A stretch of 64,000 nucleotides of DNA from a virus. Lineage: Duplodnaviria; Caudoviricetes. Below the pieces are notes generated by a model. It searched no databases, was not told the origin of the DNA, and was given only the letters and a program-made list of their open reading frames with translations. The stretch covers positions 64,001 to 128,000 of the IMG/VR virus record IMGVR_UViG_3300031998_000011, one strand, 5' to 3'. Positions 1 through 9,369 of this stretch are shown here, piece by piece. The number at the start of each line of letters is the position of its first letter. Positions within the stretch are counted from its first letter, which is position 1. Made by a program: the position numbers and the translations under genes.

Positions 1-1
1 T

Positions 2-373
2 GACGATCACGATGACGTGTTCGATGACAACGGCGATGCCGGCTACGGTCAGAACGATGCTCAGGAAGCAGCTGCTCCGCAGGAAACCACTGCGGGTCCG
101 GTCCGTCATGGCATCGTGAAGGTCATGACCAACGGCGGCATGGTCGGCACCAATGTCGAGATCATCGACGGCGTCACCACTGTCCAGGAAGCGATCTACA
201 GCGATCTCGTGAAGGCTCGCTCCGGCATGGATGAAACCGCCATCAGCAACTGCATGGTGCTCCTCGACGGAGACACCATCAACGCCAACCATCTCGCGAC
301 CCGCGTGCTTCACAGCGGCGACACTATCGACCTCACTCCGCGCTTCGCGGCCTCGAAGGGACTCGCTGACTGA
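2..373 (+). CDS. Ubiquitin-like (ThiS/MoaD beta-grasp) domain protein with acidic N-terminal linker; 5'-truncated
   Basis: Frame is open from position 2; C-terminus VLLDGDTINANHLATRVLHSGDTIDLTPRFAASKG-LAD matches the beta-grasp L-x-x-G-D-x-I-x-L-x-P ending. Confidence 0.6.
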   Translation, partial: DDHDDVFDDNGDAGYGQNDAQEAAAPQETTAGPVRHGIVKVMTNGGMVGTNVEIIDGVTTVQEAIYSDLVKARSGMDETAISNCMVLLDGDTINANHLATRVLHSGDTIDLTPRFAASKGLAD

Positions 374-879
374 TGAATCCACGGCATTGGAAAATAGTCA
401 TACCCGTTCGCCCAAAGGCTGTTCAGTCAGTCAAGAGCGGGCGTGGCCGTTTCCATGCCGACAGAAAAGTCATAGCCTGGAAGAACTCGATCAGACCTTT
501 CATCGCAAAGAGCTGTAAGGGTTCTCCCAGTGCTTTGCCCATCCGTGTCATAGCCCTTCGCTACATCTTCCAGCTCCCGCAGTATGCACCCTTGCACATA
601 CGCAAGTATGTCGAGCAGGGCGGCTACGTACCGTACCTGCAGAAGGTGGACCTGACGGACAACCTGTCCAAGGGAGTGATTGATGTCTGCAAGGGCTATG
701 TCTTTGAAGATGACAGCCAGATCTGGCATGTCTGCGATACCATGAAGCTGTACGGAACCAGCGACCGTATAGAATTGGAGTTCGAAGAGACGCCGGATGT
801 TGTGCTGTTACACGCAAAAGGAGAGACAGTCCATGACACTCCAGACCAAGTTCTTGGCGACGGAGGATTTACTTTTTGA
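373..879 (+). CDS. rusA: RusA-family Holliday junction resolvase
   Basis: KVDLTDNLSKGVIDVCKGYVFEDDSQI matches the RusA D-x-D-N-x-x-K...D-D-x-Q motif. Confidence 0.85.
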   Translation: MNPRHWKIVIPVRPKAVQSVKSGRGRFHADRKVIAWKNSIRPFIAKSCKGSPSALPIRVIALRYIFQLPQYAPLHIRKYVEQGGYVPYLQKVDLTDNLSKGVIDVCKGYVFEDDSQIWHVCDTMKLYGTSDRIELEFEETPDVVLLHAKGETVHDTPDQVLGDGGFTF

Positions 880-1189
880 GCGCGATGCGCTGCACGGTCT
901 TGTGGACACACTGTGGAAAGACTACGTCCTGAACAGGGGCGGTGTTTACAAGATCATGTCCGATGCCCTCGGCAAGCCCAATGTGCATATCAGCGATATG
1001 ACCACGGAGGAGATGGCGAAGGTAGTGGAAGTCGTGCAGCCGATGGTCGCCCGGCACCTGAAGCGTATCTGTCACTGTTGCAAGAACGGTTACAAGAGTA
1101 CGCTCGGCCTGTACCGTTGTGCGCTGACTGGCAACTTCTCCCTGACCTACAGAGAGGAATGCCATGCTCTTTCCGGCGACAACGTTTGA
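833..1189 (+). CDS. DUF3268-like protein with C-terminal Cys cluster
   Basis: RBS AAGGAGA before ATG 833; RDALHGLVDTLWK...RGGVYKIMSDALG...HISDM resembles the DUF3268 C-terminal pattern. Confidence 0.5.
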   Translation: MTLQTKFLATEDLLFERDALHGLVDTLWKDYVLNRGGVYKIMSDALGKPNVHISDMTTEEMAKVVEVVQPMVARHLKRICHCCKNGYKSTLGLYRCALTGNFSLTYREECHALSGDNV

Positions 1190-1547
1190 TCCCGCCCGCT
1201 GCAGGGCAGACTTCTTCTTTTGCCTGTCCTTCAGTGAGATACCGCAACGAGAGCTCAAGGCTATCGTTCGGCTTGTCCAATTTTCAACTCCAAGTTCAAT
1301 TTCTGTCAAGCAGTTTCGCAAGACAGTACGAATACGGGTTGCAGTCAAGCAGATCGAGTGTGCGTTCCCCCTTACAGGGATGGCGACGTTCACAAGCTAC
1401 GAGCATAACATTATCTATCGTGCCGTGCGCAACGCCGAGAGCGCCGTGGATTCCATCTACGACTTCATAGTGCAGGCGCATCACATGATAGAAGCCATGA
1501 AAGGAGACTTCGAATGGCAGCAGAATCTGCCAGCCCGTCTGGTCTGA
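1164..1547 (+). CDS. Hypothetical protein
   Basis: 127-aa ORF coupled to neighbours, GAGG RBS. Confidence 0.6.
   Translation: MLFPATTFDPARCRADFFFCLSFSEIPQRELKAIVRLVQFSTPSSISVKQFRKTVRIRVAVKQIECAFPLTGMATFTSYEHNIIYRAVRNAESAVDSIYDFIVQAHHMIEAMKGDFEWQQNLPARLV
1280..1302. repeat. Dispersed 23-bp pseudo-palindrome, copy 1 (inside CDS)
   Basis: ATTTTCAACTCCAAGTTCAATTT. Confidence 0.6.
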
Positions 1548-2845
1548 CCAAGAAAGACCAAAGACTCGTGGAGTTGTTCCGGACAACCGTGAACTATCCC
1601 GACATCAAGAAGGCGGCGCATTATCTGCACCAGGGCAAAGTCTACGACCTGTGCGGCTGGATGTTCCTTGTCCGGCCGCCCTCGCCATCAGAAGAACACG
1701 TCATGAAGCCGGATACGCTATATCCGTACACGGGAAGCACTAACAAACTGGCAATCAGTGAGATACGTGAGTTTCACAAGCTCGATCCAGCCGTATCTCT
1801 CAGCCAGGATCCCGTGGTCATAAATGGACTGTGGCCGGCTATCCAGGACAACGAGTTTATGGTCTGTAAAGAAAAGACTATGGGGGCATGTCCCAATGCG
1901 CTCCTGCTCCTGGAAAATGACAACGAAGGTAAGACACGGAAGATCAGCCGTCTCGCGGCGCTTGACAGCAGTTCGTCCCTGCTGGCCCTTCCTCTGCGTA
2001 CGTACACCTTCCGTACCAAGTATGACCTTCCGGCATGGCTTGACGAATACAAGTTGAGCCTGCGTGTGTTCTTCCCGAACTGCTGCCCTGTGCTTGTGGC
2101 GCTCGGTGACGCGACCGTACTGGTCTGCGTGCTGGGCATCACAGCCAATCCTCTCTATCCGCCAATCGGGTACAACGGACACTTCTACCAGCTCGACGGC
2201 TGGAAAGAGGATGCCCGTGCTTTCAGCCGTGCCCGCAAACTCAAACCAAAGGAACTGAAAATGAACCTTCCGAAACCGTTCACCAAGCCCGCTGCTCCGC
2301 CTGAATCTGCAACAGTCGAAGCGCCCGCTGAACCCCTGCCCTCCAATACTGCTGATGTGCATGTCGAGGATGTGCAGGCTGAAAATGTCACCAACGTCCC
2401 CGAAGCGCCTGTCAAGAAGCCGACTCTGAAGCGCTCTGCTCCGAAAGTCACGGTGCCGGCGCCAGCTCCTGTGCAGGAACCCGAAGAAGCTGAGGAACCT
2501 GCCGGAGAGCCTATGGGCGAGACCGACAACAACGGCTACACTGCGCCGGCCGCTTCCCAGATCAATACGGAGCCCGGTCTGGATGCTCCGGCCGAGAAGA
2601 AGCGCACCCGCAAGGCTGCGCCGGTCGTTCCGGTCGGGTTCGACTTCGCACCAGTCATCGAGTACACCGGCAGCGCTCTGCCAGAGGATCTCACGGCCGA
2701 CCAGATCGAAGCTGAAGCACGCTCCCTGCGCGACCTCGGCATCAACATCCAGCGTCGTCAGGCGAATCTGCTGTTTGCCATGCGCAAGTGCGGCAGTGCA
2801 AGTGACGCCAAGCTCAAGGCTCTGGCTGAGCTGCTCGGAAAATGA
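1514..2845 (+). CDS. Hypothetical protein with long Pro/Ala/Glu-rich linker
   Basis: 443-aa ORF, AAGGAG RBS. Confidence 0.75.
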   Translation: MAAESASPSGLTKKDQRLVELFRTTVNYPDIKKAAHYLHQGKVYDLCGWMFLVRPPSPSEEHVMKPDTLYPYTGSTNKLAISEIREFHKLDPAVSLSQDPVVINGLWPAIQDNEFMVCKEKTMGACPNALLLLENDNEGKTRKISRLAALDSSSSLLALPLRTYTFRTKYDLPAWLDEYKLSLRVFFPNCCPVLVALGDATVLVCVLGITANPLYPPIGYNGHFYQLDGWKEDARAFSRARKLKPKELKMNLPKPFTKPAAPPESATVEAPAEPLPSNTADVHVEDVQAENVTNVPEAPVKKPTLKRSAPKVTVPAPAPVQEPEEAEEPAGEPMGETDNNGYTAPAASQINTEPGLDAPAEKKRTRKAAPVVPVGFDFAPVIEYTGSALPEDLTADQIEAEARSLRDLGINIQRRQANLLFAMRKCGSASDAKLKALAELLGK

Positions 2846-4374
2846 GCCGCGCAACCAGAAGGCTTCACGCCCTGGTTGACGACATCCTGGATCAGTGTAC
2901 CTGTCAGCAGGCAATCATCGAAGCATACAACAACCCGGAGTTCAACGCGCTGGCCGCAGAGCGTGATGCTCAAAGCTGGAGCAACAAACTGCACGGTGAG
3001 TTGAATTTCTTCGGTGAGCCTGGTGACAGGAACCTTCTGTGTATTGATGGCAGAATACATGGGCACTGCGAGTGTTTGCGTGACTGCCTGATCGGAGACG
3101 GCATAGACCTGCAGGTCGGTGAGAACTGCGTCATTATCGGATGCACGTTCACGCGGGCTTTCAGGATCAGCCTCACGGAAGAAAATAACAAGGAGCTCAA
3201 TGCCAGACACAGGGTCATCATCGGAGACAACTCGGTCATCATCGGCTGCGCGTTCCGTGACTCCGTGACTGTCGGCAGGGATTCCAAGATTCTGATGTCG
3301 GCACTGACACAGGTGAACATCGGCAAGCGTGCCAGAATCGTGTGGTCGTCTGTGCTGATGAAGTTCGGGCACATCGGTGACGACCTGACCATGATGCACT
3401 CTGTGCTGTCAACGGACCCGGCCGTCATCGGGGACCGCGCATTGTTCGGTGACGGTCTGCTGTCGATACTCGATTACAGGATGGTGCTGGAGACATATAC
3501 GCTGGCAATCAGGAAATACATGAGAGCGCGTCTGTCTCTGTTCTGGATTTCAGCTAACATCACCAGCATCATGTACGAGAGTATCGAGAGCTGTGACCGT
3601 AAGATCAGGGAAGCTACGGAACGTGGCGAAGAATGGCGCAAACCGCAGAAGCGTGTACAGGCATGTCATGGGGAAGACCAGGTTCAAAAGCTCGGCATCA
3701 TGAGCAAGGTGCCGTTCAACAACCCGCTGTCCTACAACTGGGAAAACAAGTTCTACCCGTTGCTGTTCCAGGTCGCGGACAACATCCGTGACAAGAACGC
3801 AGAGGGTGAGGAATACTTCCGTGCCATGAACTGTACTGCCGAGGACTTCTACACAGGGCAGAAGAAGCGCATCAGAATCGGAAACGATTTCACTGTGCTG
3901 ACATCACAGGCGTTCCGCATGGGATCCATTGGAAACTCCAGCAGGAATCATCCTTATGCCACAGCACGTGCACCGGGCGGAATGAGCAAGCTGTCCTGGG
4001 AAATGAACATCAGGCAGGACTACGATTTCCAAGCAGGAAACAACGTGACCATCACGGCGTTCGGCACCTGGATGGAGAACGGATTCCCTGACTGCAACGA
4101 CAACGTCGGCAGACTGGTTTTGCAGGATGGAGCCACGCTGTACATCGACAGGCCCAGCATCTTCCGGTACAACAAGATACAGGACAACAACCCGCTGCTC
4201 CGTGTCCGTGTGACCAACAACGGGTCCAACCACAGCTGGCCGGTCACGTGTGCCATCACAGTCAGCAGGAAGGCCAGACTCTATGTCAAGGGCTTCGCAT
4301 CGGTACTGGCAGGCAACGATGATTCTTCATTCTCGACGCTTACAGTAGAACCAGGACAAACAGCAGTCATTTAA
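2842..4374 (+). CDS. Hypothetical protein with hexapeptide-like (left-handed beta-helix) repeats
   Basis: VGENCVIIG, IGDNSVIIG, VGRDSKI, IGKRARI repeats; ATGA overlap. Confidence 0.65.
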   Translation: MSRATRRLHALVDDILDQCTCQQAIIEAYNNPEFNALAAERDAQSWSNKLHGELNFFGEPGDRNLLCIDGRIHGHCECLRDCLIGDGIDLQVGENCVIIGCTFTRAFRISLTEENNKELNARHRVIIGDNSVIIGCAFRDSVTVGRDSKILMSALTQVNIGKRARIVWSSVLMKFGHIGDDLTMMHSVLSTDPAVIGDRALFGDGLLSILDYRMVLETYTLAIRKYMRARLSLFWISANITSIMYESIESCDRKIREATERGEEWRKPQKRVQACHGEDQVQKLGIMSKVPFNNPLSYNWENKFYPLLFQVADNIRDKNAEGEEYFRAMNCTAEDFYTGQKKRIRIGNDFTVLTSQAFRMGSIGNSSRNHPYATARAPGGMSKLSWEMNIRQDYDFQAGNNVTITAFGTWMENGFPDCNDNVGRLVLQDGATLYIDRPSIFRYNKIQDNNPLLRVRVTNNGSNHSWPVTCAITVSRKARLYVKGFASVLAGNDDSSFSTLTVEPGQTAVI

Positions 4375-4385
4375 GGAGACCAGTC

Positions 4386-4943
4386 ATGGCTTTAACCAAA
4401 GAAGCAAGAGACCTCCTGGGTGCACGGTATAAGGAAGACTCGAATACGCAAGGAAAGACCACAGCCACAGGGATGATAAAGAACTCCCAGGGCGTGCTGG
4501 TCATTCCTCCTTCGATGGTCAGTCCGAAGACCAAGCACGGCGCACTGGTGGTGGACAACGACGGTCTGCCTATCGCCAGAGAAACAGCGCCTGCTCCCCA
4601 ACCGGAACCCCAGGAAGAACAAGTTCCTGTCAAGAAGGGCAGGAAGCGCAAACAAGCAACGGCAGAAACGCCGTCCAAACCGCAGCTCGTAAGAGTTGAT
4701 ATCACAATGAACGGGCTCGGAAAGATCCCGGCGCAGTACACTCGCTGCTGCATCGGCAATGACCACGCGCTGCTGGGTCTGGCCGACGTGTCGTTCATTC
4801 CAGAGCAGGCGCTCAGTGACGGTCAGGGTAACTATAGGAACGTGTTGCAGTTAAGCACGGATCCTGGAGTTAACTACATCTTCACCGGAAGCACCAATAA
4901 CATAGACGGAGTCCGCCACATACTCCTGTGGAAGATTTCGTGA
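4386..4943 (+). CDS. Hypothetical protein
   Basis: 185-aa ORF, AAGGAG RBS. Confidence 0.7.
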   Translation: MALTKEARDLLGARYKEDSNTQGKTTATGMIKNSQGVLVIPPSMVSPKTKHGALVVDNDGLPIARETAPAPQPEPQEEQVPVKKGRKRKQATAETPSKPQLVRVDITMNGLGKIPAQYTRCCIGNDHALLGLADVSFIPEQALSDGQGNYRNVLQLSTDPGVNYIFTGSTNNIDGVRHILLWKIS

Positions 4944-4957
4944 GGAGAACTGACACC

Positions 4958-5119
4958 ATGATGGAGAAATCATCTGCAGAAAACAAAGTCTGCACCAAAT
5001 GCAACCGAGACGCACTTCCTGGAACGAATCCGCCGGTCTGTTCCGAGCATCTGCTTGACAAGACCGCATCGGAGGACGACCAGCCGGCCACACTGAAGGA
5101 ACTGGATGCCCAGGACTGA
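4958..5119 (+). CDS. Small Cys/His zinc-binding protein
   Basis: CTKC...CSEH; GAGGAG RBS. Confidence 0.55.
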   Translation: MMEKSSAENKVCTKCNRDALPGTNPPVCSEHLLDKTASEDDQPATLKELDAQD

Positions 5120-5122
5120 CAA

Positions 5123-5227
5123 ATGGGTATTCTTGAGTTCTTCTTCGGGTATTACGCAGGCATGGTGTTTGCCTTCCCAGTAATGCTCGTAGTCAGTCTG
5201 TTCGTCTATACGTGGGGTAGGAAGTGA
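5123..5227 (+). CDS. 34-aa single-TM protein
   Basis: MGILEFFFGYYAGMVFAFPVMLVVSLFVYTWGRK fills the gap; not in ORF track. Confidence 0.45.
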   Translation: MGILEFFFGYYAGMVFAFPVMLVVSLFVYTWGRK

Positions 5228-5247
5228 TTCAAAACCAAGGAGATTTC

Positions 5248-6162
5248 ATGGTACGAATCGTCCCACAAACAGCAGTACGAATGCACTTCGCCAACCCGCT
5301 TGAGGCCGCTGAGTATGCAGCGAGAATCTGCTACAGAAGCGACACGCACGACCGAGGGCCGGAAGCCCGAAAGAAGTTTCTCATGGGACTGGCGAACAGA
5401 AAGCACAGCACGCCGTTCGAGCATGCGTGGCTTTGTCTGAACAAGCAGGACATCACAGAGGACGAATGGAACGAGATCGACATGATGGTGCTTGAGGAAC
5501 CCGACAACAAGGGACCTCATGTGTTCCCTGTCGATCAGTTCACTTACGATGACGGGACAAAAACCCTGTCATGCAACATGCGTTCTCTGATCAACCTGTG
5601 CGGTATCGACCGTACATTCCAGCTCATGGACAAAGCCTGGACACGCTCAACAGGCGTTCACACGTTCGAGATTATCACGTCGAGAGCCATCGGAAATCAG
5701 CTCATCAGACACCGCGCCTTGTCGTTTGTGCAGGCGTGGCAGCTTCCTGAGCCTTCTATCAATCAGGAGAGTCTACGCTGGGTCAGAATGGACGACCCTG
5801 TAGTCTGCCTGTCGGAAGGCTATCAGAAAGAGCTGAACCAGGATCCCGGCGCGATGCACATCTGGCGCGCCAGCTGCCAGAGATCGTTTGAGGCATACAG
5901 TGAACTCGTAAGCAAGGGCTACAAGAAGGAGCTCGCTAGAACGGTCCTGCCGCTGGCGACAGCTACCCGCATCCTAATGACGGCTCCGATCAATGTCTGG
6001 TATGAGTTCTTGAAGCTCAGACTGGAGAAGGGTGCGGAGCCCATGATGCAGGAGCTCGCAGAGAGCATCTACAAAGAACTGAAGACGGAGTTTCGCATCA
6101 AGCACTTTGATGTGAACTGTTCGCCGTTCACCGACCACGATGAAACAAGTACCGATCAGTAA
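5248..6162 (+). CDS. thyX: FAD-dependent thymidylate synthase
   Basis: AARICYRS, HSTPFEH, SRAIGNQLIRHR, NQESLRW, ELARTVLP, FLKLR motifs; AAGGAG RBS. Confidence 0.9.
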   Translation: MVRIVPQTAVRMHFANPLEAAEYAARICYRSDTHDRGPEARKKFLMGLANRKHSTPFEHAWLCLNKQDITEDEWNEIDMMVLEEPDNKGPHVFPVDQFTYDDGTKTLSCNMRSLINLCGIDRTFQLMDKAWTRSTGVHTFEIITSRAIGNQLIRHRALSFVQAWQLPEPSINQESLRWVRMDDPVVCLSEGYQKELNQDPGAMHIWRASCQRSFEAYSELVSKGYKKELARTVLPLATATRILMTAPINVWYEFLKLRLEKGAEPMMQELAESIYKELKTEFRIKHFDVNCSPFTDHDETSTDQ

Positions 6163-6664
6163 GCGATTACTGGAGTACGCGGTACAGCACGAGCCCAGGG
6201 CGGTCAGTATCGCCCTGGGCATTCCTTTGCCCACGGTGGAGGCTATCCAGCTGGGCAAGAAGAGTACCTGTACTCCGCTGGAGCTCGCTGCGATGGAAAC
6301 GCGGATGGGCGGAATCTTGCGCGTAAAGACACGGTATGGCGCCAAGCCCTGGTTCACGAAGGACAGGCTCGTCGGCGTCCGGCACACGGAGCTGATAAAG
6401 GAGACAGCTGCATATGTCTCGCGTAGCTGGCCGATGCTGAAGAGGTACCGTGCGTACGAGAGCAAGAAAACTGGAAAGAAGCGACCGATCTTCAGGCAGC
6501 TTTCCATGTATGCGCCCCTCTACAATTTCTGGGATTCCATGCTCAAGGACACTTTGCCGTTCCTGCTGCGGCTATGGGATGAGTTCCCTGAGCACCGGAA
6601 GATACTGTTCCAGGACACAGGTTTCGAAAACGTGGTCAACGAAATCAGGAGCCCCTCCAAGTGA
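6140..6664 (+). CDS. Hypothetical basic protein, possible N-terminal HTH
   Basis: 174-aa ORF, AVSIALGIPLPTVEAI HTH-like. Confidence 0.55.
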   Translation: MKQVPISKRLLEYAVQHEPRAVSIALGIPLPTVEAIQLGKKSTCTPLELAAMETRMGGILRVKTRYGAKPWFTKDRLVGVRHTELIKETAAYVSRSWPMLKRYRAYESKKTGKKRPIFRQLSMYAPLYNFWDSMLKDTLPFLLRLWDEFPEHRKILFQDTGFENVVNEIRSPSK

Positions 6665-6677
6665 GGGGTTCCTTTTT
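6647..6677 (+). terminator. Intrinsic terminator
   Basis: AGGAGCCCCTC-caagt-GAGGGGTTCCT followed by T run. Confidence 0.75.
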
Positions 6678-6693
6678 ATTGGGAGACATTATT

Positions 6694-6762
6694 ATGTCTT
6701 GTTTCGCTACTGGCTTCATCATCGGATTCATTATCCTGGTACTTGCGGGGTGTGGCCGATGA
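6694..6762 (+). CDS. 22-aa hydrophobic peptide ending in lipobox-like LAGC
   Basis: GGGAG RBS, MSCFATGFIIGFIILVLAGCGR, ATGA overlap with next gene. Confidence 0.35.
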   Translation: MSCFATGFIIGFIILVLAGCGR

Positions 6763-8426
6763 TACTGAAGCTGAACTCAGACAACCTCGGCAGTTACGGC
6801 ACGCTGTTCGTAGGGGAACACACAAAGGTCCCGTGCCTGTATGCCAGCAGTGTGGACATTGTGTCAAATCGTCCGAGGGGTTGCTATACGAGCCATAACA
6901 AGTTCGGAGCAGACCTTGGCAACAATATGGACGATCTGGGCAATCGCCGCATCATGAACCTGGCATTCAGCGATTCGTTCTGTTGGAGAGCACCAAACAG
7001 GAAGTCCATGGCCTGGTTTGAAAGGGAAAGCCAGCGTGTGCTGTCTTCATGGGAGAACCCTAATGGCAAATGGGAGATGACGCAATACTCCCCTGTGGCG
7101 CTGGACGATCTTGTGTGGACCAACGCATGGCTGATGAAGACAGACCGCGAGGATGAGCCGAATGACACGCATGTCAGGGACCATGCGTTCCTGGCGCAGA
7201 TGCGCGGACATCTGAAGTATCATGTGGAGGGCGAGAATGCTCCCATAGACTTCAGTCCGCAGTTGGGCTTCTCGTTCGACTACATCTGGAGGCTTCCGCG
7301 CTTCCCCGGCGACCTGCGCAGGATTCCGATCATCAACACGGAAATCGAAGCGACGTCTGTCCCCATGTACAGCAACGAGCGCAGCAATATCCGCAGCACG
7401 ACGTTCAGGATGCACTGTGCGGACGGACCGCTGAGGTTCCGTATAGACAAGCATCTGTCGGACATTTACAACGGCGGTCATTACAACCTGGTCACGGAAC
7501 GAATCGTAAACAGTCACGGCGGCAGTCCTTATCAGAGGATGCTGCTTGCGAAGCATGTTCTGAAGAGCATGGAGAAGTTCCACCTGTCCAGGAAGCGCGT
7601 CTTCGAGGCGTTCGATGTCCAGTATTCGGAAGTCTATCCGAAGGGTGCGCAGGCCATGACCTACGACGACCCGTATCTGTTGGAGAACGACTACGAGGAG
7701 CAGTTCGATATCTGGAACCCTGACAAGTATCAGATGTTCGGTGAACCGTACTTGACCGGCCAGGTGGATGTGCCTGACCGTGACAAGTTCGACGAGTTGT
7801 TCCCGAAGCTAAAGCAGGTGTTCGCAGACATTGACGAACTGTACGAGCACGTCACCAGCATCAAGCAGTTGCTGGACATTCCGACGGACTACTGGGAAGG
7901 CAAGGATCCGTGCAGGAAGTTGTCTGCCCTGCGTCATTCCGGAGCCGGCTGCTATAAGAAGCTGGGTTTGTTCGTGACGGACATGCAGGAGCTCACCGAC
8001 TGCGGCCGGGAGATGGCGAACTATCTGTCGCTCTCCACGTGGTCCAGTGAGTCCAACCACATGATCGACTACAAGCTGATGGTCCGCCTGGGAATACTTC
8101 CGAGGCTTCCGCGCCTATCCACCGATAACAGATACGACCAGCATGAGATGACGTGGTTTTCATCCTGGAAGATGCGGGTCACGCCGTGCTGCTGTTTCGT
8201 CATGTCGCAGGACAAGCACGACAGAGCGTTCGTCAGACTTGAGAAGGCACTCGGTTACGAGATAGACCGGGAAGCCTTCGTGCAGGACTTGCAGAACAGC
8301 CTGAGAGGTCGTCAGAACCGCATAGCGGTCATCGTAGGAGGCATTGCGGAGTTCATACCGCGCAAGCGTGAGAACATCGTGAAGAGCCTCCAGAACGTCT
8401 ACGGAAAGCAGGTGGAGTTCTTATGA
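6759..8426 (+). CDS. Large hypothetical protein
   Basis: Long ORF; start moved to ATG 6759, downstream of the terminator. Confidence 0.7.
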   Translation: MILKLNSDNLGSYGTLFVGEHTKVPCLYASSVDIVSNRPRGCYTSHNKFGADLGNNMDDLGNRRIMNLAFSDSFCWRAPNRKSMAWFERESQRVLSSWENPNGKWEMTQYSPVALDDLVWTNAWLMKTDREDEPNDTHVRDHAFLAQMRGHLKYHVEGENAPIDFSPQLGFSFDYIWRLPRFPGDLRRIPIINTEIEATSVPMYSNERSNIRSTTFRMHCADGPLRFRIDKHLSDIYNGGHYNLVTERIVNSHGGSPYQRMLLAKHVLKSMEKFHLSRKRVFEAFDVQYSEVYPKGAQAMTYDDPYLLENDYEEQFDIWNPDKYQMFGEPYLTGQVDVPDRDKFDELFPKLKQVFADIDELYEHVTSIKQLLDIPTDYWEGKDPCRKLSALRHSGAGCYKKLGLFVTDMQELTDCGREMANYLSLSTWSSESNHMIDYKLMVRLGILPRLPRLSTDNRYDQHEMTWFSSWKMRVTPCCCFVMSQDKHDRAFVRLEKALGYEIDREAFVQDLQNSLRGRQNRIAVIVGGIAEFIPRKRENIVKSLQNVYGKQVEFL

Positions 8427-8662
8427 AAATCTTCTACCTGATCGACGCCATTATCACGGTGGTCTACAACCGGATACTGGAAAAGAAAGATTGGCGCATC
8501 CTGCTGGTCTTTCTCATTGTTACTGCGCTGTTTGCCGGTATTCGCATCACGCTCATCAGCGTTATCATCACCCTTGCGTTCTTCGTGATCCTTGACAGGG
8601 GTGCGATAGCTGAAATCAAACGGGCGTACAGACAAATCAAGGAACACAATGAAAATCAATAA
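8423..8662 (+). CDS. Small membrane protein
   Basis: Hydrophobic segments; GGAG RBS. Confidence 0.6.
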   Translation: MKIFYLIDAIITVVYNRILEKKDWRILLVFLIVTALFAGIRITLISVIITLAFFVILDRGAIAEIKRAYRQIKEHNENQ

Positions 8663-9368
8663 GGAAACCGCAATGAACTCAAACACGACTGTGACCAAGT
8701 TGGTCAAGAAGTTCGAAGCACTGTGGACTGAATCGCTCGAAAATCGCTACCAGGCCGCCAAGGTCTACTACAAGGCGATCACCGAGCACCCCGACAACGA
8801 GACCCGCCGCCTGTTCCATGAGTCCGAGGCCCACAAGGACTGGACCGCACTCCGTTGGCGCTGGATCTACAACATCGGCAAGGCTGCCTGGAACGCCGAA
8901 CAGCTCAAGGCCGGCAAGATCACGGAAATGCCTCGCGGCGGTATCTGCCGTGCCATGCTCGACATCCACAACTACTCGCTTGCGATGTCGATGCGTCAGA
9001 TTCCGATCCAGCGCCAGGAGGAGATCTGTACCAACGGTCTCACGCTCTACTCCAAGGAGCACAAGGGCGGCGTTGTCATTCCTCTGCGCAAGCTGAACCG
9101 TCACCACATCATGCACTGCTTCGACATCGACTCCGGCAACGAGATCCCGGTCGAACAGCAGCGCAAGAAACCGCTCCACGGCGCCAAGAAGGAACCGATC
9201 AAGTTCGTGACCGACCCGGCCAGCGGCAAGCTCCATGTCAGCGTCCAGCGCAAGTGCGTCATCAACGCCGGCCTCATGCTGGAGATCCTGGCACACAAGA
9301 ACGACCAGGGTGCGTCCATTCTGGATGTCAAGCAGCTCTATGACGTGATCCACAAGCTGGAGGCCTGA
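8649..9368 (+). CDS. Hypothetical protein
   Basis: 239-aa ORF with strong GC3 bias. Confidence 0.75.
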   Translation: MKINKETAMNSNTTVTKLVKKFEALWTESLENRYQAAKVYYKAITEHPDNETRRLFHESEAHKDWTALRWRWIYNIGKAAWNAEQLKAGKITEMPRGGICRAMLDIHNYSLAMSMRQIPIQRQEEICTNGLTLYSKEHKGGVVIPLRKLNRHHIMHCFDIDSGNEIPVEQQRKKPLHGAKKEPIKFVTDPASGKLHVSVQRKCVINAGLMLEILAHKNDQGASILDVKQLYDVIHKLEA

Positions 9369-9369
9369 T

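Noticed and set aside
1718-2914. Long minus-strand ORFs (also 28805-29917, 31361-32512, 44815-46005, 36366-37400)
   Set aside because: Antisense shadows of GC3-biased + strand genes; no RBS or recognisable motifs
6450-6758. N-terminal extension of the 658-aa ORF
   Set aside because: It overlaps the upstream gene and crosses a terminator; the start at 6759 is more plausible
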